This document shows, one piece after another, positions 13,084-26,068 of a DNA stretch of 64,000 bases. Source of the stretch: Naegleria gruberi (Eukaryota); the NCBI GenBank assembly GCA_000004985.1, contig GG738859.1; one strand, given 5' to 3'. The translations under genes were made by a program, and so were the position numbers. Position 1 is the first letter of the stretch, and every line of letters begins with the position of its first letter. A model generated the notes under the pieces. It was not told the origin of the DNA and ran no database searches. It was given only the letters and a program-made list of their open reading frames with translations.

Positions 13084-14739
13084 TTAATCAACAGTTGGCT
13101 TTGGAGTGTAACTCAAATTGGTAATCATTAACATGTCCAAAATACCCTTGAGTTGACATAATTTTTCTTGTGCTTGAATTTCTTGATTAATCTTCTTTCT
13201 CAAAGTTCTCAAAAGATTATCAACCTTTTCACTCAACCCCACAACTTGGCCATAATGTTTAAGAACAATTTGTGTGAAAGGAATGAGGGAGGTGGAAAAT
13301 CTAGGATCTCTAATGTGCATATTGATAAATTGTAAAACATTGGACAAACGTGTTTCATCCATAGCATTGATAGCATTCAAGGTTTCATTTCTAACTTCCA
13401 ATTCGGCAATCAAACTCATAACAATGACAGGTTGCTCCTTAAACTTGGTAACGGCCTTTTGCAAAGCAAGTTTGTAATTATATTTGGAGAGTTGAGACTT
13501 GAAGTGTAATAAATTTACAGATCTTTTTCCTGGTAAGAATATTTCTTCTTGCATTTCGAAAATTTGATTTAACAAGGCACTATTGACAAAGTTCTTATAG
13601 TTTTCCTTTGTCATTTCTTCTCTATAAATATCAGCTCTTAAAACTTTTCTATCAATTCTTTGAGATTTCAAAACTCTAGCAGGTCCATTCAATCCCAAAA
13701 CAATTTGTCTTTCATCTCTTGAAATGGCATTGGCCATAACTGGTCCATCAAATGAAATGTTGTGAATTTGATTATAATTTTCATCAATCTTGAAGAAACA
13801 TGTTAAATTATCCAAACCACTGGTCATTAAATAATTTCCACCACCTGATGCAAGTGAAAGGGATGTAATTGTTTTCTGGTGAGATCCATGCATGGTTAAC
13901 ATTTCCCTTCTTTGTAAAAGATCCCAAACTTTAAAGTAATTTCCACCACAACTGTACATGATTGGAGCAGTTGGATGTTTAACAACACACTCAACTGGAG
14001 CACCATGATCGAATTGCATGACACAAGCACTATTATCTGATTCTCTTACATCCCAAACCTTAATGAGATGGTCGTAAGCACCTGTTGCAAATAAATCTGG
14101 TGAAGAAGAAATATCATTGCTGCTTTCAGTTCCATTACTAAAGATACATCCTGCCTTGATGTAATCAGAGTGTCTTGAAAACTCTCTGACCTTCTTTCCT
14201 GAAATAATGTTAAATAATCTAGCAACACCATCATCACTACCTGCTAAAATATTGTCAGAATGTTGTTGAGAGAGGAATCTAGTTAATTGTATAGCTGTAT
14301 AATCATGTTCATTCTTTGAGCTTGTGAAAATAATTTTAATTGGTTGGTTCAATCTTTGTGCTGTCAATTCCTTGTCATAGGATTGAAAAAGTTTAACAAC
14401 ACCACTATTAGTACCAACTGCAAACAATAAACCATCTCCTGGTCTATAACTTGCACTATATAATTGAGAATCTCTTTGAAATTTAGTATATCGAATAATC
14501 TTTTTATATTCTTCATCAACTATTTGTACGGAATTTTTATGTGTGATGAGGAATTGTCGATTCCTTGTCGGATGAAATTCTATATGATTAACTAATCCAA
14601 AGTTCGAGCTATCAACAGGTGAGAACTCTGTAAAATTCTTCATTACATAGTTTTCATTTTGTGTTGTGTAGTTTCTGAGTCCATGACTCTCGTCCAATTC
14701 AATATTGGTTTGTTGTCGTGAAACTTTTTGAAGGAACAT
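13084..14739 (-). CDS. UTP15: U3 snoRNP protein UTP15-like (WD40 plus UTP15 C-terminal domain)
   Basis: WD repeats with HSDYIKAGC and YDHLIKVWD, plus a C-terminal helical region resembling UTP15_C. 551 aa. Confidence 0.7.
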   Translation of the reverse strand: MFLQKVSRQQTNIELDESHGLRNYTTQNENYVMKNFTEFSPVDSSNFGLVNHIEFHPTRNRQFLITHKNSVQIVDEEYKKIIRYTKFQRDSQLYSASYRPGDGLLFAVGTNSGVVKLFQSYDKELTAQRLNQPIKIIFTSSKNEHDYTAIQLTRFLSQQHSDNILAGSDDGVARLFNIISGKKVREFSRHSDYIKAGCIFSNGTESSNDISSSPDLFATGAYDHLIKVWDVRESDNSACVMQFDHGAPVECVVKHPTAPIMYSCGGNYFKVWDLLQRREMLTMHGSHQKTITSLSLASGGGNYLMTSGLDNLTCFFKIDENYNQIHNISFDGPVMANAISRDERQIVLGLNGPARVLKSQRIDRKVLRADIYREEMTKENYKNFVNSALLNQIFEMQEEIFLPGKRSVNLLHFKSQLSKYNYKLALQKAVTKFKEQPVIVMSLIAELEVRNETLNAINAMDETRLSNVLQFINMHIRDPRFSTSLIPFTQIVLKHYGQVVGLSEKVDNLLRTLRKKINQEIQAQEKLCQLKGILDMLMITNLSYTPKPTVD

Positions 14740-15260
14740 TTTTTTTTCAATTTTTGCAAGCTTTGAAATTTAATTTCTTCAACATTTTGAATGCATAATA
14801 CTATTGTTGGTTTGGCATGACTATGAATTTAAAAACAATTGTTCTTTCACCATCCTGGATTCAAATCATAATTATTTAATAATTAAATAATTTAATAGTT
14901 TGTAATTATTCAAAGCTATTCCTTCTTTAAATTGTTTTATTGCAGATGACCAGTTTCTCTCCTGATGAGCAGAGATATTATAATATTGGTTATCATTCTT
15001 GAAAAACAAGTTCGGAGATTAACAGACGATGACACTTACTATTCCTCAAAACAGAACAAAAAAAACGTTTTAAAATCATAAGCGTTTTCAAAGAGAGGAG
15101 AGATTAATTGGATATTTGCTCAGCATTTTGCCAACTAACGAGGCAAGAGCAAAGATTGTAAATAGTGGAGTGTGTTCTTATCTAGAGAGAATATTTTGGA
15201 AACAGCAGTGTTGTTTGTTAATCTACAATTTTGGAAAGATAATTTATATCAAAAAACAAT

Positions 15261-17098
15261 TTGGATTTTATATTAAGGATGAGTGAGGATATTAATAATA
15301 GCTGTCTAGATGATACTAACAAAGCAAACAAATCGGGGTTTTTTGTGAGAAAGTATAGATTTTTGGATAATAGTTCAACTAATTCACCTCCTCATCAACA
15401 ACGATTGTCAACCTCTTTCAATGACTCTCTTTTATCTACCAATGAAAAGAGCTTGGTGGCCCTTTCAATCGAGAGTAGTATTTCGGAATGCATTCCAAAG
15501 AGTGAAGAAAACTCATCCGAGAGTGAATCATCATCAACAATGGAACCTCAATCCACTACATCACCTCAACAACAACCAACACCACCTAGAAAGACAGAGA
15601 TACCGAAATTAAAAGGTTTTCCAGCATCGGTTTTTAAACCTAGCCCAGCAAATCATCAACCTCATCATCATTTTAATTCTGCACGGGTTCAATCAGCCTC
15701 AAGTCGATCGAGTTATGCCTCAAAAGCCAATTCAAATCCCTCAACATATTTTAGCTCACTGGGGACAGCGAGAAATAATACAGAATCAAAAGCCTCTACA
15801 ACTACTGCACCCTACCCTAACAATACATCCAAACAAAGTGATCGATCCCTCGAGAGTTCACTATCTTCCACCACCTTTCAGTTTCATTCTGGGAAAAATC
15901 AGAGCCCTCCTAAAAAACCTCAATCTGCCACCACCTCGGGAAGAAAGAGTTTTAATACTGTTCAAGTTTCTTGGAAGGATGCAAGACAAACATTGAGAAA
16001 TAGTTTCAGTGCCTCCTACAACACCCCTAGGTCAACAAAGAAGTATAATAGCTTCATATCGGAGGAACCACAAGATTGTACTTATGATTCGTTCATGAGT
16101 ACGCCAAAACAAGCCACAACCATTTGTGGATCGGATTGTGATTCCTCAACAAATAGTATAGTAACAGCGAGCCCAATACCAAACATTCCTTCATATGATG
16201 ATGTTGTAAATCATATAGAGCTTGAGAATGACCTGCAGAGTGTTGAATCCTATCAGACGGGGACAACACTCAAAGAGGGAGTTTACTGGGATCAGTCAGA
16301 TTTATTGCTGAGGACTGGAATAATGGTGAGAGAACCACAGATGTCACCAAACTCTGAATACTTGTTAAATAGTACATACATGAAACTCAAAATGACTTCA
16401 CCAAGAGTTTACGAAGCTTTGGTGAAACAGATTGAAATCGAAGGACCTACAGAGAGGCTACCAAACAGTCCCATTGTGAAAGAAGTGGAGAAATTCTTTT
16501 ATCAAAAGTAAGTAGTAATTATCAATAACTTGAATCGTTAAATATTGAACCATTACTACTACTCAGAGAACAACCAAAAAAACAACTCGTTTATCCTCTT
16601 CTTCCACCTGTACAAGCAACTATTCCTGCTACCCCATCTTTTGAGAAACCTGGAGGTAAGGAAAGGAGAGAATCTAAAATGAGGCTCAGAGTGGAGAAGG
16701 AACTACTCAGATCCCAGCAAATGAATGAATTTAGAAACAAACAACGAATGCTATACAAGGAAGACTTGGAAATTTCTCGAGAACAAGAAATTGCCCAAAA
16801 CGAAATGTTTAAAAAACAAAAACTAAGGGATTTGAAGAAAAAGATGTCTGGATCACCCTTTCTCATTGATATGGAAGCTCATGCAAAAAAGACAGAGAAG
16901 GAAATAAAGAGAGCAGCTAAAATCAAGGAGAAACTAAGAGTGATGGAAAATAAGAAGAAGGAAGATTTACGAAAGTGTGAACTCATTGAACGAATAATAG
17001 AGAAGACCAAGGAGGACATTCACACCACTAGGAGAAATCTTATTGAGCACGAGAGGGAAATGAAAGTTATTATGAGTAGTACGAGATTAAACAAATGA
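15261..17098 (+). CDS. S/T-rich protein with C-terminal K/E/R-rich coiled coil; exons 15261..16507 and 16567..17098
   Basis: Donor GTAAGT at 16508 and acceptor ...ctcag at 16566 join the 15261 ORF in frame to the 16679 ORF. Low complexity, no family recognised. Confidence 0.45.
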
Positions 17099-17122
17099 TT
17101 AGCTTGCATTCAATTAAAAAAA

Positions 17123-17533
17123 ATGGAAATTCGTTCCTTATATTGCTCTCTCTTAATGGACAAGAGAAGTACTGGTCATTTCAAGAAACCAAACTCTTCT
17201 GATCTAATTCGAAAATGTTTAAAAATTGGAAAGGAATGTGGTTTGAACATTGAGATATTGCCATCCAATGAAAGAGTACACAATCATTTGAGTGGAATGA
17301 TATCCAACCGTTTCTCCCTAAAATCCATTCTAACAATTAGAGTTTTAAATGGAAATTCCTATTCACACTTTTATAAGGCACTGCTGAAACAATTCAAAGG
17401 GTTGAAGGTTATGGTTGTGTTTGATGTGAAGAATTTGAAACTCTTGCAGGAGTTTGTCTCTTGCAATAATAGCAGTGTAAAATATTGTGGATTTGCTTCT
17501 ATCACAAATAATTCAAATCGAATAGATGAATAA
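17123..17533 (+). CDS. hypothetical small protein
   Basis: 136 aa ORF in an intergenic gap. May be part of a neighbouring gene. Confidence 0.25.
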   Translation: MEIRSLYCSLLMDKRSTGHFKKPNSSDLIRKCLKIGKECGLNIEILPSNERVHNHLSGMISNRFSLKSILTIRVLNGNSYSHFYKALLKQFKGLKVMVVFDVKNLKLLQEFVSCNNSSVKYCGFASITNNSNRIDE

Positions 17534-17628
17534 ATAAGATTAATAGATCTCTATTATTTTAACTGAAATAGTTCTTAATATTTCATTGAGAATTTAGTTA
17601 TTCTATAACTATTATTGAGAATAAATTA

Positions 17629-18123
17629 TTATTGAGATAATTTATTCTTGATATCAGCTTTCCATTCATTGAGCATTTCTTCAGAATTTCCTTCAGCTTG
17701 ATCACCTTCTCTACATTCAACAAATGGACTCTTAATGGCACTCAATAACGTTTTGACATTTCTTGAAGCTTGTTGATAAGTTTCAGCATAATTTGAATTT
17801 CCATTTCCGAGAATTGAATATTCAAAATTTTCATGATTAAACAATTTACTAGCTGATGCACCAGTCATCCAATAGTGAAAATCAGTCATGGCATCTGGTG
17901 GTGATCCTTCAATTGATGTGCTAATAATGAAGAGGAACAAACTCTTCTTCTCCAATTTTTCATCATTTAAATACTTTTCAAAATTTTCGATAGAATCCAC
18001 AACACTTGATGATAATTGATCATTCAATTCAGTGGCCAAATATTCCGAAGTACCTGATTGTGAAGCATAGAGAATGTAAATAGTGTCAATATTTTGCGCC
18101 ATTTTTTTCAAGTTGACTTCCAT
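17629..18123 (-). CDS. stand-alone flavodoxin-like FMN-binding protein
   Basis: IYILYASQSGTSEYLA matches the flavodoxin T/S-x-T-G-x-T phosphate loop. 164 aa with its own stop and no reductase domain downstream. Confidence 0.55.
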   Translation of the reverse strand: MEVNLKKMAQNIDTIYILYASQSGTSEYLATELNDQLSSSVVDSIENFEKYLNDEKLEKKSLFLFIISTSIEGSPPDAMTDFHYWMTGASASKLFNHENFEYSILGNGNSNYAETYQQASRNVKTLLSAIKSPFVECREGDQAEGNSEEMLNEWKADIKNKLSQ

Positions 18124-18294
18124 TGGATTCTTATTCCAACACTATAAAGATTCTTTCAATTTTGAATTTTCTTATTACATACGTTTATCATTATTTCGAT
18201 TAATCTCTTCAATTAATAACAAGTTTTCTTTTCCGATAATTTTCTCAAACTCTGATGAAAAGAAAATCTTGATGAAAAAATCATTTTCAAAAAA

Positions 18295-20901
18295 ATGGAA
18301 AAGAATTGGAGTGAAACTTCGCTCGAGGATGGGCAGAATATAATACCATCGGATCAAGATATTCGGGTGGTGGAGAATTATTTTCAAAATGATAATAGTG
18401 CTGGTGAAGGAGCTAATCTTGTTGTTGGAGGTGCTGGAGAAGATAATAATTTGGAAATTACAAATCAGCAACAACATCATCATCATGTGATCAATCCGGG
18501 AACAACAATAACACCACCAACCTATTCAAATTTACAACATTATTTATTTCTATCACTTCCATTATGTAGTATTCAATTAAATAATTTACCAGATAATTTC
18601 GGAGGTATTTCACCAGTTACACAAAGTTTTACTAGTTCTTCCTCAGAATTTGAACAGAATAGACTCACTTTTAATGATGCTAATAGGGAAGTTGCAATTT
18701 ATAATAGCAAAAAGTTCATGTTATTTCCATTGATGAAGGGTGATATTATTACAAAAAGGTAGAGTACATTAATTTTGTAATGATTAATAATTTCTCAAGA
18801 CTTCCAACACTAGTTGACTTGAAGGGATTAATGCCAACTGCTGCAAAATCATCGAGTAAGAGAACCTTCTTTGCCATGCTGTATGAACAGAGAAGATTGG
18901 TCATATTTTCAGTTATTTCATCAGATTCTTCTAAACCACATAGCGCAGAATATTTCACTCACTTTGATTTGATGGAGAAAAAAACTAGACCAAATATTAT
19001 TTTGGATTTTCATTGGATTTCAGATTCTTATTTATTAGTTGTGTCGACATACTCAATTGATTTTATTAGTGTATGTATTTTAGTGATTGAAATATTGGAT
19101 TGATTTATAATTTGGAATTATTGGAAATAGGTTAAGGAAAAACACAAACCTGTAAAGACCTTGAAATCAATTTATGAGAATATTCGGTTCTGTAAATTCT
19201 CGCCAATTGATAACTTGTTGGTATTAGCTTTGGAGGGTAAAAATACAGCTCTCTATCCTTACATTATTACTCCAAGTGGCCAAATGAACAAATTGACAAA
19301 AGTTGAGCTAACAGAACTCAATATCGGAGATCATAAACCAATCAAGAGCTCTGAAACTTTCCTCGTTTCAATGTATGTAGTATAATTTGAGATGAATCAT
19401 TTTTGACATTCTATTTCAATACAACAGGTATGGTCGTTGCTGTCTCGTTTGCATATGCTCAGCCAATCATGAAATGCATATCTTCAAGTACAAGCCACAA
19501 AATGTTCAAGCTTTTGTACAACAAAGAATTTTCAATTTATTCTCTGGATCAAACATTGCATTGAATGTTGTTGATTCTCTCTTAATTGTTCACAACTTGG
19601 ATGATAAAACCTCAACTGCCTATGATGTTTTCACAAAACAAGATTACCCAGTCTCTCCTCCTCTTTCCATTTCTCCACATTATACTGTTAAGGATACACT
19701 GACACAGGCTGATATGCAAGTTGATGCTACTGATAGATTATGTAAGTATACGATTGGATTTATTTCCATATTGAGTCACTTTTGTAATTATATTATTAAT
19801 TTAACATTATGTTGAAATAGACAAATCCGATTCTTGGACCTACTGGTATCCAAATTATATCCTCGATAAGGAATTGGGTTATGTTTTCGAGCTTAAACTT
19901 TCCATCTCTCACATGCCAATCAATATGAGAAATAGAAAGGATTCTATAAAATTCCTATTCAGAAGAGTTAACAGTAAGGCTTTGCTCTTGACAACACTGA
20001 GAACTTTTATTGAATCTAAGAGTGAGGAGTTGAAGACTATATCAGAAATTTTAGAACTTGTTAACAAGTATTATTGGAATCAATTAGTTAAACTTGAAAC
20101 TGAAAAACAGGAAAAGTTTAGTGAAAAATTGAAACGTCTTTCCGTATTTACCAAACCTAAAGCTTTGGAATTTGTAGATATTAACATGCTCACAGAAATT
20201 GAAGAAGGTGATGAAATGCAAGAAACACAAATTAATACCATTGGTTATCCAATAATTATGCAATCAGACATGTACAAATTTGTATTTGTTCCAATTGATG
20301 AAGCAGGATCTCTATCTACCATAGAGCTAGTCTCAGTTTTGGTTGAATATGTCAGAGGACTGAAGAAGAGTAATGTGCCAGTTCACAATTTTATTCAAAA
20401 GTTGCTCATTGAACTGCTGGTGAAGGATAATAATTTTTCAATGTTGCATCAATTGATCCAATTCAAGGTCATTGGCGATAGTCAATTGACTGCATTGCAA
20501 ATGTTGCACATTTCCGAAAAGTATCCTCCAGCTTATCAAATTTCCCTTGATATTCTAAAGAGATTGAATGATTATGATTTGTTGTGTGAAGTTCTCCTTT
20601 CAAGGAAGGATGTTTCCAGAGTTTTAGAATTAATGATGGAAAATAGTGAAAAGCATCCATTCAAAATTTCCTACGCTCAAGTATTTGAAGCTGGTAAGTA
20701 GTGTTAAATAATAATTCAATAATTAATTTCACACAATTCAATACAGCTGTCTCCCAAAATAATCCAACTCTTTTCTATACCACTTATGAAATTTTGCAAA
20801 GAATTAACTTGAAACAAAGAAAAACCCTCCTCTTCTCACCTGAAGACAAATGCAAAGAGTATGATGATCTCTACGCTAAACTATTTGTCAATGTAAAATA
20901 A
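18295..20901 (+). CDS. six-exon conserved protein, possibly RMC1/Mic1-like; exons 18295..18758, 18800..19070, 19131..19372, 19428..19741, 19821..20693, 20747..20901
   Basis: Six ORF-track segments join through GT..AG introns with consistent phases, giving about 772 aa. Family assignment is weak. Confidence 0.45.
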
Positions 20902-20910
20902 AACTACTAT

Positions 20911-21924
20911 TTATACTAATACTCTGGAATGCTCTTTCGTTTCAGTATCATATTTGATCATGGCAATTTCCTTACTTTTTGGATAGTTGCCAGAGGTGAA
21001 ACTCAAACAGTTACCCACAATTGAGGAGCAGTACACACCTTTCGAGGAATCCACTGAGCTATGGAAGTGTCCATGGAATGTGGCAGCTGGTTCATGCTTT
21101 TCAATAAATCTTCTAAGTGCAATTGATCCACAATGGAAATCACTGATATTATCACAGCATGTATCTTTTGGAGGCATGTGACAGATCCATATTTGATTCT
21201 TACAATTTTCTTTAGAAAATGAATACCTCTCCTCAATTCTTTCCAATTCTCTTTCAATAGAAAAGGCCTTCACCAATTCACTATCATTTACATCAAATTT
21301 GAAATGATAAAATCCTTCCTTTCCTCTAAAATGTGAATCCTCACTTGGATTCTCCTCCAACAATTGTCGAGTATTTGCATATTCATTATTGAGAATAATA
21401 TCATGGAGTTGCTGAGCATCAAAAGTAGTATATCCTTTCGTTCTTATCACATAAGAATCAACATTCTGAGCCAAAGTATCCTTCACATCCTTTGTATCAA
21501 ATCTCTCAAAATCCTTCTTATGTCCCTTCATGAAAACAATCGATGAGTAGGCCATTATTTCCAAATCATCATTCACTCTCATCATTTCATTATACAACAC
21601 TACAATATTTGTCTCTTTTGTTTTTTCCTTCATAAACTCAACATCGGAATATAAATCAGCATTTCCAAAGCAAACATACACCTTTCCATGCTTGAATTGC
21701 TTCAATATTGGAAGTAGTTTGTCCTCAAAATAGACTCGATGCTTATCAATTCCCTTGTTACTATCGAGATGGGAATATTCATCTAAATTGGATTCCTTCT
21801 TATTCTTCAAATATAAATCACCTCCGATAATAACAGCATCCATCTGATGATCATTTGCATAATTGATCAATTTTTGATATTGGGTAAGATTGCCGTGTAG
21901 ATCTGAGGAGAAGAGTAATTTCAT
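20911..21924 (-). CDS. calcineurin-like metallophosphoesterase
   Basis: Motifs SDLHGN, GGDLY, GNAD and HGHFH. 337 aa. Lies about 97 bp downstream of the RdRP on the same strand. Confidence 0.65.
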   Translation of the reverse strand: MKLLFSSDLHGNLTQYQKLINYANDHQMDAVIIGGDLYLKNKKESNLDEYSHLDSNKGIDKHRVYFEDKLLPILKQFKHGKVYVCFGNADLYSDVEFMKEKTKETNIVVLYNEMMRVNDDLEIMAYSSIVFMKGHKKDFERFDTKDVKDTLAQNVDSYVIRTKGYTTFDAQQLHDIILNNEYANTRQLLEENPSEDSHFRGKEGFYHFKFDVNDSELVKAFSIERELERIEERYSFSKENCKNQIWICHMPPKDTCCDNISDFHCGSIALRRFIEKHEPAATFHGHFHSSVDSSKGVYCSSIVGNCLSFTSGNYPKSKEIAMIKYDTETKEHSRVLV

Positions 21925-22021
21925 TTTTTTTGAATTGATTTTTAAAATATTCTTTACAATGATTGTAATGTTCCATGTTCACAAGTTTATTAGTGACCGG
22001 TATTTAAATAGTTTGTAAATT

Positions 22022-25000
22022 TTAAATTGTAGGAGGGTTTACATTTTCGAAAGATTCAAATGCTACAATTTCATCCATAACAAGCCAATAAAATGTAATA
22101 CCAAAGAAATCTCTCATTTTCCTCTTCTTATTGTCATTTCTTACAGCAATATAGAAAACTGTGGCAACTGCTTGTCTTGGAAATACTTTACTCTCATAGT
22201 CGTCCAATACTTCAACTGCCTTGTCATGATAATATTTGGTGAAATGTTTAACAATTTCACTAATTTCCAATTTTAGTTTGTAATGGTTCTTTCCACATCT
22301 GACCTCTAATTCCTTTGTATTGAAAAATCCTCCTAATAATTCAACTTCTGATGAGACAAAGTATTGTTGCATGAGCTTTCTCAAATCTGATTTGTACTCT
22401 TCATAAATTTCTAATGCTGCATTGTAGGCGTGCATTATATTTTCATCAAAATAATCCCAGTCGTCATCTATGAGCATTGTTTTGAGATTAGGAAGTTTGA
22501 TAAAGACAGCATCTAAAATTTCAAGATGAGGATCCAGTTTTATCTCTTGAATAGAATCTAGAATGCCAAGCTTTTTTCCGTGAACTGTTTTTTCAAAAAA
22601 GACAGCCTTATCATAAATACTTCCAATAACATCTTCAGAGTGATATGTTTTCTTACCAAAAACTCTTGGCATATAGTGAGGTCTACTGTTGGAGAAAAGT
22701 TCAGTAGGAAGTGGTTTTCTGACACCAGTTTTGGCATAGTCAACTTGATAACTGTGGTGTTTGGCCAATTTCAAACAAGGTTCACTTCTTAGCCCATCCC
22801 CCTCCTTATCGTAATGTTCCAAATGCAAGAATGCAACAACACCAAGGTTGTCATTAATAATGTACTCTGTTAAGAATTCTCTAATAACTCGATAGTCACA
22901 TCCGTCGTGCTTTTCTTCAGGTGGAAGTCCCTCATAATTCATTGGGGGATATTCCTCAAAATTAACTAGGAGTGGATCCCAAAATACTTGGAAAAAGTCG
23001 CCGTCATAGTCGCCTCCACTCATTTTGTTAGCTGCAGGTCTATTGCCTTTTTGGCTGAATACAATTACATCTCTAAGGTGTGATAATTTGCTAATCTTTT
23101 CTGGATCTGTAACAGCTTTGAACTTTCTAATGTCACCAGGGTGAAGGCATGGTGATCTTGTAATTGCTACAGTTCCACTCAAAGTGCCACCATTCACAAA
23201 ACAATTGTCATCATAAAGATCAGAGTCAGAGTTTTCCAATTCAGAAAGTTGGATAAATACTTCATCCTCTTCCAACACTCCATAAAAGTCCACAACTCCC
23301 ATCAATAAAAGAGCCTTGTCAAGAATAATTCTACCATTCTTGAGATCATTCAATCTGTTTCTGATCAAACTATCCTTGATATTGCAAAATACTGGTTCTA
23401 TTTGGTAAAAGAATTTAATGTCCTCTCCCGATTGCACAACTTTAGAAAAGTCGTATTGAGAATCCAAATAGTTGAGAGAGGCCACTTTCTTCATATTCTT
23501 TCCAACGATATTATCTTGTGATTTTCTCAACACTCTCCTCATATACTTCTTATCATTAAATAACTTTTTGATTTCTTCAAGATCTCTATCGAGTAGTTGT
23601 AAAAATACCGAATCTGATACCTTATTGGAACTCAATAAAGCAATCAATTGTCTATTCAAACTAGCAAATCTATTTCTTTTCGAGTAAGTAATCAGTTCAA
23701 ACTCGCTACTGGAGGAATCTATGAACTTTTCCTGACTCTTAGATAGGAGAAGATCCAAATCTGAATATAAATGAATATCAGGATCTACAACAACAACTCC
23801 CTTCAACCCTCCCATACGAAATTGGAATGCTGATGGTATGTATTCTTTGCCAGCAAATGAGATTTGGAATTTCTTGGTTAATTCTACAGCAAATTCTAGT
23901 GATATTCTTCCTACACCATCTGTAAACACATAATTGTTTCTGGTAATGTCTGGAATAATTTCATACTCTTTTGAGATGCCTTCATACGTGTGTGAAAAGC
24001 ATTGTCCAATTCTTGCTGCATACCTTGCTTTAACTTTGATATGAGAAAAATTACCAAGAGAATTGATAATATTTCTTGGGGTGAAACTTCCATTCGAATA
24101 AACGAACCAAGAACTGGAACATTGTTAGAAATGTTTGAAATAATATAAGACGTACCTGTGGGCTCTAAGTTGACTGGTAGAATAAGCAAGCATTTCATAT
24201 TTTCTGTTAAAAACTAGAAGGCCCTTCTTTAGCACAATCTCAATTCTCTCATGCAAGTTTGTAAATTTTTCAGCACTAAGTTTATGAAGATCTTCATCGC
24301 AGAATGTGATTCTCAAAAAGTGATCTTCATTCTTTTCCTTATATTTTCTCAAAACTCTATTACCACCCTCAACTGATTTGTCAAAAAATCTCCAACCTGT
24401 TGGTGTAATCATTACTTTACGAATATTGAAAAAGTTTGTATCAAAATCAATGAATGCCGTGTCATTATGTTTCAATTTTTGATCAGCTAACCGTTGATTG
24501 AAATGTTCTAGGAATTCAGATGGATAGATGTTTTTCTCATTCAATACTTCTCTCATGGCACGGTCAACCATTTCATAGTCATGATCTTTGTTAATATATC
24601 TTGTAATAGTGTCCACTATTGCTTCCAATCTTTCTCTATTGTGTAGAATTCCTGGTATCTTAGTATCTAAGCAAAACAGCAAATATACTGTATTGAAGGA
24701 AAAATTATGAAACAATGGAAAGTCCAAGCTTTCATCATATTGGAATGTATCGATTTGCTTCCTTTTGATTTTCTTATCTCTCATTACCAAAGGATATGGA
24801 TAATTATGACCCTTCAGTAGGGAACTCACATCAGATGAAACAGTGAGCAGTAGAGATCTACCCCATCTGAAATTGTTCAACCACATGGATGATATGCTAT
24901 CTTGTTGTGAATAGTCAGGAGCTGCCATTCTTGTACGAAATGCTTCATCAGGCCTCTTACGGTAGATGAATGGCACATTTCTAAGTTCAATGGCTAATTC

Positions 25001-26068
25001 TGTGACACCAACAATAACACGTCTCACATTCTCTCGCTTAATGTCCATCCAATAGTCATGATTAGAGTTGAATGTTGCTTGTAATTTAATATCACCAGTT
25101 GCAGACCAGTATACTAATGATACCTTTCTCTCCAATAATCCATGTCCTACTTGTTCCTTATTTACACATAAAAATGTTTCATGCTTATTGTCATCAAAAT
25201 TACCAATCTCCATATTTATCCAGTTTAACTCCACTGACCCATACTCCACTAAATCATTGGGTTTTTCAGATTTGGTTGTTGATTTTGATGATGTTACACT
25301 TTCTTCAATTATTACAGGTGGTCCAATAATCTGCACAGGTTGTTTCTTCTTTTCTTTGGCCTTATCCTTCTTTTGAGTTGGTTCCTTCTTTTCCTTTGGT
25401 TTTAGACTGGGAAAGTTATTTTCATTATCAAGGGCCACAGGTTTTGGTGGCTGATTGACAATTACAGGTTGATGAATATTGGTAACTGGTGGATTGTGAA
25501 TTCTATCATTATCATTCCTCCTATAATTGTTATTTCCTCCTTTATAATTATTATTGTCTCCTCTTTGCTCTTTATATTCTCGATTATTATTATTTCCTGA
25601 ATATTCCCTATGCTTACTCGATTTATCATTGTTATCATTGAAATTATTATTATTATTGTAATTATTATTTCCTCTATATTCTCTATTGTTGTTGCCATTA
25701 CGCGAGTATCTATCATTATTATCATTGTAATTCTTCTGATAATTATTATTGTAATTGTAATTATTATTTTGATAATAGCGATTAGGAGGAGGCTTCTTGC
25801 TATTATCATAACTGCTACCATTACTCGGATTGATTAAATCACCAGTAGTATTATTAATTATATAATTTCTCGCTTTGTTTTGTTGATAAAAAGCCTTTTT
25901 CTGAGATGATTCGGAAACATGTTCCTCTGAATCATTAATTATTAATTCCTCTTCATTATGATGAGAACTACTACTACTACTACTACTTGCTCCACCATTC
26001 CTAGTACTACTTGCTCCTCTATAAATCTGATAATGTTGCTGATTTGTCTTTTGATTGGGATTAAACAT
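22022..26068 (-). CDS. eukaryotic RNA-dependent RNA polymerase (RdRP; RRF/EGO/Rdp1 family) with N-terminal prion-like low-complexity domain; exons 24156..26068 and 22022..24113
   Basis: Catalytic motif GGDYDGDFFQVFWD plus flanking RdRP blocks. One 42-nt intron (24114..24155, GTACGT..CCAG) joins the two ORFs in phase. About 1334 aa. Confidence 0.85.

Noticed and set aside
25462-25837. Ile-rich ORFs on both strands (25462..25821 minus, 25610..25837 plus)
   Set aside because: They lie in alternative frames of the AAT/TAT-rich low-complexity region of the RdRP and are frame artefacts, not genes.
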